Positions 1 through 12,698 of a stretch of DNA of 64,000 nucleotides are shown piece by piece. The notes below the pieces were generated by a model. It made no database searches. It was not told the DNA's origin and worked only from the letters and a program-made list of their open reading frames with translations. A program made the position numbers and the translations under genes. Position 1 is the stretch's first letter; every line of letters begins with the position of its first letter. Source of the stretch: Octopus vulgaris (taxonomy: Eukaryota); assembly GCA_951406725.2 (NCBI GenBank), contig OX597823.1, positions 5,642,001-5,706,000 on the forward strand. The letters are read 5' to 3'.

Positions 1-362
1 CGTACACATATAGTGGAAAGATTAGTATTAATATTATGGCAGAGGTTCGGAATAGCTATTAGTATCTCACGGGGAAGTAACTGGACACGAAATTGAGTGG
101 CAAAATGTAAAAACTGAAATTCTAGGGGGAAAAATACGGTAAACTTTTACAATTACACTTGTCTCAGGAGAAGGGGATAATCGCTGATCGGCGGACTTTC
201 AGAATCTTTTTTTATTACCTTCACAGTGATTACCGTTTTACAAAATTAAATTAGAAAATTGGACAAAACAGAGAACAAAATTGTAAAAATCAGAAAGAAA
301 AATAAAAGACCAAAACAATTGACCACCTTGGGTTGAAAAGTTGGGGGTGCCGGGAAACCTGT

Positions 363-606
363 CTAATGGTTATTGAGATACACCAGCACACTCGCAGCGT
401 TGCCGCAAGTGATGGCGAGGTTGATGCGCTGGAATAGCCAAGCGCCCTCACGAGCCTTCACCAGTTACCTCTGCAAGGCGAGTTGCCAGGGAAGACAGGA
501 ATCCAGCAGTTAGTGGTCTGACTCCCCACCAAAAGTCTTGAACGCCATAGGATGGAAAATGTAGTTGGCCGACAGATAGCGGTATTTCTGGATTTTGTTC
601 CGCTCG
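363..606 (-). mobile_element. Degenerate C-terminal restriction-like endonuclease region of a CRE-like non-LTR retrotransposon
   Basis: Minus strand across two frameshifts reads ERNKIQKYRYLSANYIFHPMAFKTFG/..TAGFLSSLATRLAEVTGE/REGAWLFQRINLAITCGNAASVL. This matches the K..KY...F.P.A.ET.G and FQR.S.A..RGNA signatures. Confidence 0.75.
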
Positions 607-1859
607 TAGAGTAGAATTCCACCGAGAAATCAATCTCAGTTATAAATCAAAATTAAATTTGATCGGTGTATTCTTAATTATGTTCCTAACTTAGACTGCA
701 TCCGCCATTGCAGAAGAAAACAAATTACTTTTTAGAAGCTGAAAGTAAATTTTGAACATAAACTTATCAGAGTTTACAAATTGGTGACGCGAAAATTGAA
801 ACAGAATTGCGAAAATAAGAAAGTCAATTTGTTGAGAACGAATCGTCGAAAGTCTGGCTCTACACCGTCAGTAACTAAGATGCACATTAAACGGTGCATT
901 CTTAATTATGTACAGCTGTAAAATTTTATCCACCTTTGACGCAGACAGTCCCATTTCGTTACTTCGAAAAACATTTCGTAAATTTAATTCGTCTATTTAA
1001 TTTTTATATACCTATATTCATTGTCCACTTATTTATTTTAAATATATCTAATTTTTTAAACTTAAAATTCACCTCTCAATCTTGACTTAACAATTTTTCT
1101 TCGATGTTTTCAAAAAAAGAAACATAAAAATGGCAATATTTCAGTGATTTGGTAAACAAAACAATTCTAACGTTCACTTAAAAAGAAATCTGAAAGAATA
1201 TTTCTAAATATTTCTAAATCATTTATACCACAGCTATTGACCTTGCGAACCCGTCTGTTCAGTAACTTCTAAATTAAAAACGAAATAACCAAAGTAGTTC
1301 AGATCTTCGAATCGTCAACGGTTGTTAGTCACGCTATGATCTAAAAGTTTCCAGACTTCCACTAATATTCAAACTATTTAGATCATCAAATTTTATTCGC
1401 AATTAAAAACAATAACAACTAAAAATACAAATCACACAACAGAAGAACTAAATGTAAGTTTATTATTATTTGCGAATTTTCTGTAAACATAAAAGTAAAG
1501 CTTCTTGCTTGCGTTCGTGACTAACAACTGATACTAATCAGATTCATTATTTGTTAAGGCCGAGTCATCCTTGACCGAACGGACTTATTTATAGTCAAAG
1601 TAATTCAGCCTTGACCACCACTTCTTGAATTTTGGCACAGCTTGTTCATAGTCCTTTTTAATGGATTATAAGATTATAAGATTGGAATATTTGATTATTA
1701 TTTCTAGTAGATCGAACGCAAACAGTCGATTGCTTTAGGGACTCGTTTTCATCGATTGTCAAGTTCGAAAGGGATTTACACACAGTTGTTTGTGTGTGTG
1801 TCTACATGTATACACACACACACACACACACACGTATGTAAACATAGATTGGATGGTCA

Positions 1860-2920
1860 GTGTCCAGCACCATATCTCCACATTTGTTACTGCCCTTCGT
1901 TAACTCCATGAGATTTCACCTCTTGAGATCCACCTTCTCGCCTAGGAACCCTTCCATCCTTCTCTCTTGCTCACCATTTCTGGTTCCTTTACACTCACTT
2001 TCCCTCCCAGTTCTTTCATGCTCCGTCATTCATGTACACTAACATTACACATCCAGTAGAACGGGCTTGCTTCATTTCTTTACAACTCATACACATATCC
2101 TCTACGTCCAATCTTCCTTGTTTTCACTGCAATACAAACTTGTATATCATATACAAAAATTATACACACTGTCCTTCTTATGAAGAGAGGATTTTTATGT
2201 TGAAAACAACTCCCTGAACCTTTTCAGAACCATTCCTACTTTGGCCACCCATCTCTATTGCCTATATAACTGAAGCTATCAATTACTTTTAGGGAGCCTT
2301 CTAAGAATTTGAAAGAATTTATTTATTTATGTACTCCAATGCTTCTCTTATGGACCAAGTCCTTTTTCTCTGTTGGCCTGCCTGTGATCCCCACTGCATC
2401 TCTTGTGTATATCCATAGTTTACAATGGATTCATCTTACCCACTCCTTTTCAATATATTGAGCATGACCACTTCCTGGATGGTATATCTTTGCCAGATTT
2501 ATCACCAACTGCTTGGTTTACATGTCAGGGTGGTTGGTTTCCTGAAGTTGGTATGGCATATGGTTAATTCATTTACATCATAGAATTCCAAAAACATTGA
2601 TCCCTCTTCATTCTTTCCACTTGTTTTGTAGCTCCTATGAACTTCAGGGTGTCCATCATGGTGATTCTCAACATATCCATTAAACCCACCACTGTCATGC
2701 ATTATCAAGGTTGTCTGTCAGAGGACCTCATAAAAACTGCATTTTCTCATCCGTCAGTCCTAACTGGGTTGCTTATTCAGTGCAAACCATAGTTACTATG
2801 TTATCTAAGATAAGTTTAAACTTAATGAACCTGTCGCATACTCTATCTCAATAATTTTATCTATTCCTTTCTTTTCTACCAATCCAGTTCTGTTACCCAC
2901 CCAGAAATACTTGTATCTGT
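1860..2920 (-). mobile_element. Highly decayed RTE LINE fragments (APE endonuclease region)
   Basis: Minus strand reads GGFNGYV...GKNEEGSMFLEFYDVNELTICHTNFRKP, resembling the RTE endonuclease GD.N.HVG / N..G..LL.F / NT.F.K motifs. Many stops. Confidence 0.55.
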
Positions 2921-5681
2921 GATGGGTGTAGTCGGAGCTCCGTGGTTCAGAAGTTTGCTTCCCAGCCGCCTGGTTTCAGGTTTAGTCCCACTGCATGGCA
3001 CCTTGAGAAAGTGTCTTCCAGGTCAATTAAAGCCTTGGGAGTGGCTTTGGTAGATGGAAACTGAAAGAAACCTGTTGTAACTGTGTATATATATATGTAT
3101 AAAACATATATACATGTATAAATGTTTGTTTTATGTCATGTTATATGTGTAAAAAACGATTAAACATTAAAGTGAAGGATTACTCATTACTGGTTAGTGG
3201 AGTACATTTTATCCAAGGAAATGGTTGATAGTGACTTCAAAGTTTTGACTTGCTCACCGTGTGTGTGTATGCATGGATGGATGTCTGTGTGTGTGTGTGT
3301 TTGTGTCTACTTGTCTTCACAACATCTGATAGCTGTAAGCAAGCATCACTGTCATACAAGCAGTGCCATTTGTTTCCACTCTTCCATGGAAACTCATCCT
3401 GCCATGAGGAACTATTACCTTGTTTGAAAACAGGTGAGTGTTGATGTCAGGAGGGACATCTGGCTGTTGTGTCTTGTCGACACTGTTATGTCCGTCTTTG
3501 AACTCACTGTACATGCCACTTTATAACATGGACTTATAATAATACAAATATAAATCAGAAACAAACAGAACAAACAATATTTCTTCTCGATGACTTCTAC
3601 AACTGTCTTCACAAAGCACCTGCACACACCACACTGCCCTTCACTGACAGTGCCCATGCGCCTTTATACAGTTTAGGACAGTTGGCTTGCTATCCCACAG
3701 GGGTGTCAGGATTTCACCACAACACTGGCTATAGAAAATCTGCTGCAATGAATTCCATCTGAGCCATACAAGTATGGAAAAGTGGATGATGATGATGATG
3801 AAGAAGAGGGGAAGGAGGATGGTGGTGATGTACGTGTAAATGGCTGGCTTTTCCATTGCTTCAGTCAGTCAAATGGCACTCACATCAAGCATAGCTACCA
3901 GGTTGTATGTTCCATATTTCTATTGCTGTCCCTATTCAAACAATATCTGCTTTTGTTTCAAATAATGAAAGAAAAATTCTGTAAACAGTAATTTGGGTAG
4001 GATTGATTTTGAAATACTATCTGTAAGCATTCATGCATATCTACAAACAATACACACACACACCGCATATACATGTGTGTATATATGTGTGTGTGTGTGT
4101 ATATATATATATACACACACACACATACACATATACTTGCATATATATACACACATGTACTATGCGTACACGTGTATACAAATTTATTTATTTATTTATC
4201 TATTTACTTATCTACTTCATTATCAACAGCTGTTTGTGTACTCTCAAGTTTAGGACCTTTTGAAAGGTTTATAGTGACATATAATTGCAGTGTGTAGTAT
4301 ACATATATATTAGGATCTAATTATTGATTTGAAAAGTATATGTGTAATAGATAAAGTAATGATAGTCTGAATAGAGCAAGGGGTTCCTATCTAGGTTTAG
4401 ATTTTTCAATGCATAAATAGGACCAAAATCTTTATGAATTTCTTTTCTGTTTTGTTGTTGGTTATCCATATTTAGAGCAACACCAAACTATTAACATCTT
4501 TTGAAGTCACCCTGGTACTGATGAGGATTTCAGCAGTCTGGTGAATCTGGTAATCCTTTGGAATTCGGAGTCATAAAAAAAAAAAAAATGACTATCCCTT
4601 GATATAGAGTAAAGTGCTTGAGTGTGTGTGTGTGTGTTTGAGTGTGTGCATGTGTGTGTGTGTGTGTTTGAGTGTGTGCATGTGTGTGTGTGTGTGTGTT
4701 GACTTTAAGTGCAGGTATGAACGATTTTATATATGTAACCAGGATTTTGAGACAAAGAAGTGTATTATATTTGTCCTTTTTGTGAAAGATTTCTTCGTCA
4801 TCTAAAGATCTGTGTCTGGCCTTCACAAACTTTTCTACATATCAAACATGGCCACTTCCTGGATAACAGCAGAGGCAAGATTCTTCTTTCTTTTAACTCA
4901 AACCTTTGTCTTTGCTAAATTTACAACCAACTACTAAGATATTAGGTGACTGGTTTTGGTTTCCTGAAACTGATGTTCCAAATAGACTGTTCACGTCATA
5001 GAACCCTAAGAGCTTTAACCCTTCTTCATTCCTTCTATTATCTTCATAACCCCCAAAGTTTCCATCATGGTGTTTCTCAACATGTCTGTGATAACAAAGT
5101 CATTGTCATGTGTTAGCAAGATTATCGGGAAGAGGACCTCGTAAAAACAGTGCTTTTTCTCATCTGCCAGTCTTGCATGTTCAGAGATCACTGTTGCTAT
5201 CATGTTGCTGATGATGTGTTTAAACTTACTTAGTCTGTTTCAGTTATTTTATCTATTTTCTGTAAAGGCTTTCTAATTTATCTAAAGATCTATGTCTGGT
5301 CTTCACAGACCTCTCTTATACGCTGAAGAAGACTGTTATGTTGAGTGTGGCTGTTTGTGTAGATCAGTTGTTCTCAATCTTTCTTGATTTTGTGGGTCAC
5401 TAGGGACCAATCAGAAAAAATCTGGTACATTTTATATGGAAAGCACAAATCAATAACTGTATTTTAAAGTTAAAATGTGGAAAATAGTAAAATAAATGTA
5501 TGGAAAACCTCTGAGCAATGCAGGCGAGACGTTAATGAAGGCACATAAAATAATGTTATTGAATGAGAACAAAATTATTGTCTTCACCTTACATACAATG
5601 TTAATGATCCAATAATATTTCAGGGAAAATATCTCTTTCTGAAATACAAGAGAAAAAATGATAGAAGTCATTATCATCATC

Positions 5682-7076
5682 ATCATTTAACGTTTGTTTT
5701 CCATGCTAGCATGAATTGGAAGGTTTGACTGGGGTCTGGGAAGCCAGGAGGCTGCACCAGGCTCCAGTCTGATCTGGCAGTGTTTCTACAGCTGGATGCC
5801 CTTCCTAACGCCAACCACTCCATGAGTGTAGTGGGTGCTTTTTACGTGCCACCGGCACAGGGGCCAGAGGAGGCTGGCAACGGCCACGATCGGTTGGTGC
5901 TTTTTACATGCCACTGGCACGGAAGCCAGTCAAGGTGGCACTGGCATTGGCCACGTTCAGATGGTGCTTTTTACGTGCCACCAGCACAGGTATCACAACT
6001 ACAAATATGCTAGCTTCATTTCTTTCGAGCCTACGCAGGTCCTCTGCAGTCACGGCCCATGTTTCACTGCCGTGAAGCATGGCAGTTTGTACACATGCAT
6101 CGTACAATCTCCTTTTCCCTCTGAGCGAGAGACCCTTTGTCACCAGTAGGGGTAGAAGCTTTCTAAACTTTGCCCAGGCTATTCTTATTCCAGTGGTAAC
6201 ACTCTCTGAGCATCCACCTCCACTACTAACTTGATCACCTAGGTAGCGGAAGCTATCAACTACTAGTTTCTTCCCCTGGAGTGTGGTGGAATCTGTTTTT
6301 GAGTATCTGTGGTGTCTATTGCCCCTGTGCATCTGCTGCACACGAAAGCTATCTTCTCGGTTAGTTTTCCTTTGATGTTGCTGCACCTCTTATGCGTCCA
6401 TAGCTTACACTGGGTACATCTTATGGAATTTCTACCTACATCTTTTCTACAGATCGAGCAGGGCCACCTACCTGAGTGGGTGTGTGATGAGTTCGCCTAC
6501 CTACTTACTAGAATTTTGGTCTTTGCTACATTGACTCTGAGGCCTTTTGATTCTAACCCTTGCTTCCACGCCCGAAATTTCTTTTCTGGTTCCAGTAGTG
6601 ATTCTGCTAGGAGGGCCAGGTCATCAGCATAGAGGAGCTCCCAGGGGCAACCTGTCTTGAATTCCTCTGTTATTGCCTGGAGAAGTATGATGAATAAAAG
6701 GTGACTGAGGGCTGAACCTTGGTAGACCCCTACTTCTACCCGGAATTCTTCACTATACTCATTGCAAATCCTAACCTTGCTGATGGCCTCTCTGTATAGG
6801 GTCTGTACAGCCCTTATTAACCATTCGTCACCCACCAGATAAGGGATTGGAAGACCCTGTCAGAGGCTTTCTCCAAGTCCACAAAAGCAAAGTATAGGGG
6901 TTTATCTATAGCTAGGTATTTCTCCTGCAGTTATCGAACCAGGAATATAGCATCAGTGGTGCTTCTACCTGGCACAAAACCGAACTGCATCTCATCTAAG
7001 CTGACTCTCTCCCCAATGAAATGGGCTATGACCCTCTCCGTGACCTTCATTACCTGATCCAGCAGTTTGATACCCC
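5682..7076 (-). mobile_element. RTE-clade LINE fragment (RT domain plus 3' UTR and (GAT)n tail), internally deleted and frameshifted
   Basis: Contains QFGFVPGRSTTDAIF, FVDLEKASD, VGVYQGSALS, LLYADDL, VDSFRYLG and MLHGSETW motifs. The 3' terminal sequence matches 42340-42522. Confidence 0.92.
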
Positions 7077-8309
7077 ATATTTTTCAGAGGTGTCTGAAAA
7101 ATATGTTGTTATCAGCATGCTGTGCCAATATGTTATGGTCAAGCTATCATGAATTTGTTTGTTTGTGTGTAACTGTGATTGGATGAGATAAGTAGTGTCA
7201 GCACAGCAGCAGGTGACATGGTGTGACAAATTAATGTGGATGTGAAATGGGGGTCCTGGGAAAGGCCAATGAGCAATAGATTGACTTTAAAGTGAAAATA
7301 GCAGGTAACAAAAAAAATATATTGAAAACTATTGATTATCTTGTCTTATTAATGATACTGAGTATAAGACACTCAGACATTTTCCAGACACTCAAGCATA
7401 TTGCCTTTCTAAAGCTTTATATTTCTAAATTTAAAAATTGTTGTATACCTAGATACCCACTGCAATACAGTATTTCAGAACCTTTAATGTGAACTATCTT
7501 CATGTGTTCTGTGATTGTGTTTAACAAGTCTATATTTGTCAGTTCATTGTGTCATATATTATTTTACTTTATAAAAGCCAAGCCACAATCAAGATTCACA
7601 AGCAAGTAACCTGTATCATGCTTTTGCTAATGGTTTTAAGTGTTTGTGTTTTCACGAGTAGACATAAGATACCCTCTTGACTTTCCTAGCCTTTAACCCA
7701 GCAGCACATCAAGGATGTGAAGGCTGGAGAGAGAAAGAGAGAGAGAGAGAGCTGCATTAGCACTTCAGCTGAATAAGCTGAAGCAACAAGAAACAAAAGT
7801 GCCTTGTTCAAGGACGGTGCACTGCTCAGTACAGGAATTGAACCCATGTTGTTATGATTATCAGCCCAAACACCATAACTACTTGACCATATGTCTTCAC
7901 ATGTTAATCTACACAAACTCTCTATGATTTCATGATTTGATTAATCAGAGAAAGGACATAAGTGACCACCACCATTTGAAGACCTTCAGATTAGTAAGAA
8001 GGAGGAAGAAGGTTATTTTTAGACTTTGGATCTTGTTAGAATATTTGCAACAGTGTGAGACATGGCAAAGGTATCAAATGTCCAGGTTTTGATATAAGGA
8101 CAAGTGACTATAATAACAGATATACTCATGATTGAAAAAAAAAAAGGTGGGAAAGTCACTTCTAAAATATCTTTGATTAAAGGTCTAAACAGCAATTTTA
8201 TATAAGATTTTCTTTTTCTCTCTCTTTATATAAAGGTTGTGATTTTAAGCCTGTCACCCTGTGTGATTGGTGACCAAGTTACACTGTTTCAATATACTTG
8301 ACCTGGCTT

Positions 8310-8612
8310 TCTGTCGGTTTCATCAATGAGTGTTCCATTTGGTCCAATCAACGGAACAGCCTCCTCATCAAATGAACGCACAAGTGGCTGAGCACTCCAC
8401 TGACACACATATCCTTAATGTAGTTCTCTGGGGGATTCACTGTGACACAGAAAATGACAAGGTTGGGCCCTTTGAATTACAGGTACAACTCACTTTTGCC
8501 AGCTGAGTGGACTGGAGCAATGTGAAATAAAGTGTCTTGCTCAAGGACACAACTCGTCGTCGGGAATCAAACTTGTGAGCTGAAAACTCTAACCACTAAG
8601 CCATACTCCTCC
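8310..8612 (-). mobile_element. tRNA-derived SINE, same family as 58186-58582
   Basis: Shares the atcaacggaacagcct...aagtggctgagcactccac...caggtac body. tRNA-like head on the minus strand. Confidence 0.75.
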
Positions 8613-8629
8613 ATTTTAATGTACTTATG

Positions 8630-9127
8630 TCCTCTGTATAAATCTACATAGTCTTCTGAACACCTTACTTCCCTGGGCATGGATACACTGAAATTCCGAC
8701 GTCTGGCAGCTGGCTTGGCAGACACCCATAAAATTATTAACCATCTTACAAACAATAACTCTGAGCACCTTTTCAAACTCCACCCGTCTAACACCCGTGG
8801 ACATGTTTACAAAGTCAGAAAACAGCACAGCTCCTATGACTTTAAGAAACATTTTTTCACGCTGAGAGTTGCTGAAGCATGGAACAAACTGCTGGCATCA
8901 GTTGTTAATTGTCGGAGCACTGCATCCTTCAAAACTTCCATGCTTCCTGAGATTCGCCAACACTACACCTGATTTTCTCCCCTCCATACACACACAAGCA
9001 TGTATCTGACTCATACATTGTTCGCTTTCCAGACATTTGTACATTACTGCATGTGCTTTATATGCACTTTCTGACAAGTTGTGGTGCACCTGAGCACTGT
9101 ATACAATAATTTCATTATTATTATTAT
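8630..9127 (+). mobile_element. CR1/L2-group LINE 3' fragment
   Basis: Reads SNTRGHVYKV...KHFFTLRVAEAWNKL, a typical ORF2 C-terminus, then a 3' UTR ending in (TTA)n. Confidence 0.8.
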
Positions 9128-9790
9128 ACACAAGGTGATTGTGTTGTGGCCTTGAACGTAGAAACCTACATGACTGTGTCATTTCTGTTCTAATATATAC
9201 TCCACACCTTTACATTTGATGGATCACTGTATTGTATTAATGTACCATTGCCTTATCATAGTATTAACCTCATTATTCAGGTTGTAATCCATACACACTG
9301 CAATTTCCGTTAATCTCAGCTTAGAGGCAAAAGTATAAATTCACTAACCAAATTAACTTATGTGTTCACTTCCTAAACAAGGAGCAAACAAGGAAGATTC
9401 TATGTAACATCCAACCAGATAGAAACAGCAGTTAAATTTCTCTCAAACCACACATTACCTTCTTATATTACGGAAGGATATATTGGATAATGTAATCCTA
9501 CATACACCATGAATGTTAAGAAAAAACATGCAGTAGTGTCTTATGGAACGTACACATTTTTCGTGGAAACAAGGATTAGAATCGAAGGGCCTTAGAGTCA
9601 ACCTAGCTAAAACCAAAGTCCTAATGAGTAGGAAGGCAGACAAACAACAAATCCCTTTATGTAGATGGCCCTGCTGTTCAACCAACGGCAGTGCTCCAGC
9701 ATGGCTGCAGTCACATGACTGAAACAAGTAAAACAATAAAAATCTATGCCATTTTAATCCTGAGCAAGGCCGGGTATCTCTGCTAGTATA

Positions 9791-10176
9791 TCTATTATAT
9801 AAAATCCATTCTGTCTGTCTGTGTGTGTGTCTTCTAGGATCTTGGGCATTCTCCATCCGATTGCGCTCAAATTTGATATGTAGATACTGACAATATCAGG
9901 GGTGTGTATAAGTCTTGAAAAAATTATAAAAACTGATTCCAGGTGAGAATGCGATTGATAAAGCCGTGGGAATGTGCATTTGTACACGCAAGTACATCAG
10001 CCGTTGCGATTGATATTACATGTACACGAGAAAAATGCACGGTGTCTCAAATTTAGGTTAAATCAGTGTTTCTCAAAGGGGAGGCCTATGGGACGGTCGG
10101 ACAAGTTGTTTTGAGAAAATTTGGTTTAAATGTTTGACAACTCAGCACCGTCCATTAGACGGGGGAGCGTTTTACT

Positions 10177-10178
<2 letters not shown>
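9791..10178 (+). mobile_element. Non-autonomous Helitron-like element, preceded by the 3' end of another copy
   Basis: 5' A|TCTATTATATAAAA followed by (TCTG)n. 3' hairpin ccgtc-catta-gacgg shortly before CTTG|T. Upstream, gccggg...CTAG|T at 9769-9787. Confidence 0.6.
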
Positions 10179-10221
<43 letters not shown>

Positions 10222-10459
10222 TTTACAAAGAAAAAATCGACAAATTTTATATTCTACATGTATTGAATACTTTGCCAGTAATGTTTGAAGGTCTTTTTGT
10301 ATAATTTTATATAAAACCCACATGCTCACACACATTTGTGTGTGTGTGTACATCATGATACAGTTTTATATATATATTTGTTACATATATTATAGGTATG
10401 CATGTTTGTGCAGCATTACATTAAAAATGTCCTGTTGCTATATTTCCAGATCCCTCACC

Positions 10460-10558
10460 ATGCTCCACAATATCGGTTCTACTGATGCTTTACTCAGTAG
10501 AGTTTCACAACAACTCAATCAGAACAGAAAGTCTACCAAGAGCAATGATGATCTGCAG
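10460..10558 (+). CDS. C19orf44: C19orf44-like coding exon 1 ([33 protein letters not shown])
   Basis: Acceptor tttccag at 10443-10449, Kozak-like CACCATG at 10456-10462, donor CAG|GTATTT after 10558. Phase 0 joins in frame to the next exon. Confidence 0.72.
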
Positions 10559-12659
10559 GTATTTAAGCTTTAACCTATTCGATACCATTCCACCCGTGAC
10601 TGTCCTCTGGTTCTTGCTTTAAAGTGTTTTAAATTTAAACATTTCATTGAAATTTCCTGTTAATTTATGCTTCAAACACTGACAAAGTTATTTTACTAAA
10701 TTCTTCATTATTTTAAAAATTAATTGAAAGAAAGGTAAGGTATTTCAACAGAAATATGTTAACAAAAGGATTAAGCAGACCTTATGGGCAAAGGCATCCC
10801 AGCCATGACCATCCATCAGTTTTTATTTAATAACAGTAAATCCTTGACTATATCATCCAGTGATGGTAGGGTGGGATTTAACCATTTAGATACTAACACA
10901 CCTGAGACCACCCCTAGTTCTATGTTACAAACACCATGTTTTAAAGTGATCTAAATTAAAACATTAATTTACATTCCAAATACCAGATTAATCCATAAAG
11001 TGCTGGGGCTTGCACTCACATAGCATGGACTGCTGAGCACATTTTATGAAAATGAGACTACCATGCATACATAAAAAACAAAAAAAGTAGTTAAAATATC
11101 TTCTTAGTATTTAATGGTGGAAAGTTTTACATCATCTGAGAAGTCGCTAGTTGAACTATTAGTCTTCTTGCATTTTAAGGTTATACATGACATCAGAAGT
11201 AGTGTGCAAGAGAGAAGACTGCATTGATATGGCTATGTAATGTGTATGAATGAAGGCAGTTGCATCAAGAAGTGCCAATCTCTAATTATAGACGGAACAT
11301 ATGGAAGGGGATAGACCCAGGAAGATCTGGGATGAAGAGGTGAGAAATGATGTACAAACGTTGGGACTCACAGAGGGGATGACAGGGGACTGAGACTTCT
11401 GGTGGTTTGCTGTGCTTGAAAAGACATGTCAAGCTAAGTAAAAGCATGGTTGCCCTTGCATGCAGGCTCCTCTTTTGCAATGCTCTCCTGCTGAGCATCC
11501 CTAATCTTGCAGGCTTGTAAGTGCTGGTGCCACGTAAAAAGTACCCAGTACACTCTGTAAAGTGGTTGGCATTAGGAAGGGTATTCAGCCACAGGAACCA
11601 TGCCAAAACAGACAATTGGAACCTGGTGTAGCCCTTCAGCTGGTCAGCTCCTGTCAAACTGTCCAACCCATGCCAGCATGGAAAATGAGCATTAAATGAT
11701 GATGATGATGATGATGATGTTGTACATCTTAAACTTTGTGACAATGTATGTCGTTTATATTTTTATTGTAGTAAACAATTGCAATTCTTTGATTCATTAT
11801 ATTTTTGTTCTTACGTTTTAGAACTATTTAAATTCCCTGAAGAAACAAACCAAAGGTGGTTCTGTAACATTCAAAGACATCAGTGATATTTCTTTCTCCA
11901 GTGAAGACACAAGCATTGATATCTCTGACTCAAGTAAGCAGGATGTTCAGGAGAAATTTTTTAAAAAGGACTTAAATTTTCGAAACAATTCATTTATAAA
12001 ACCATCACCTAATCTGTCCATTATGAAACGGAGTCAAACTGATGAGCTGTTAAATTCGAAATCTTTTGATTCAGAAATTGGTAACCTCACACCTTCATTT
12101 CAAAAAGCGAAAAGCTCAGCACAGACTTCAAGTGCATTGGAGAGAGCTTCTAAACTGTTTGCCAAGTTTGGAAAAAAATCTTCTGATGTCGGTAGATCAT
12201 CTGGAGTGAAGTCACATAAAACTGATAATGAAAACAGCTCTGGGAAATTACAGAATGACAGAAAGAACTACAGTCATGATCTTGACAAATCTACATCAGA
12301 TGACAATATTGGTAAAAGTGGTCGACGTTTTCTTAAGCCACAGTTATCTAAAGAATCACACAGTGGTGTTCTGTCAGCTGTCACAGACAAAGAATCGGAG
12401 AAAAAATCTGAATTAAAAACAGGTTAGTTGAATTGATTCACTTTGAATGATTAATATCAAGTGTTTTGTTGGATTTATTTTCCTTATATTTCTAATTGCA
12501 GGCATGGATGGCTTTGTGGTTAAGAAGTTTTCTTTGGAACTATGTTGTGAGTGGTTCAGTTCATTGTATGGATGGTTTTGGTTAATGATCTGTACTATAG
12601 CTGATGATCAACTAATACTTTGTGAGTGAAATTGGTAGACAGAAACTGAAAGAAGCCTG

Positions 12660-12698
<39 letters not shown>

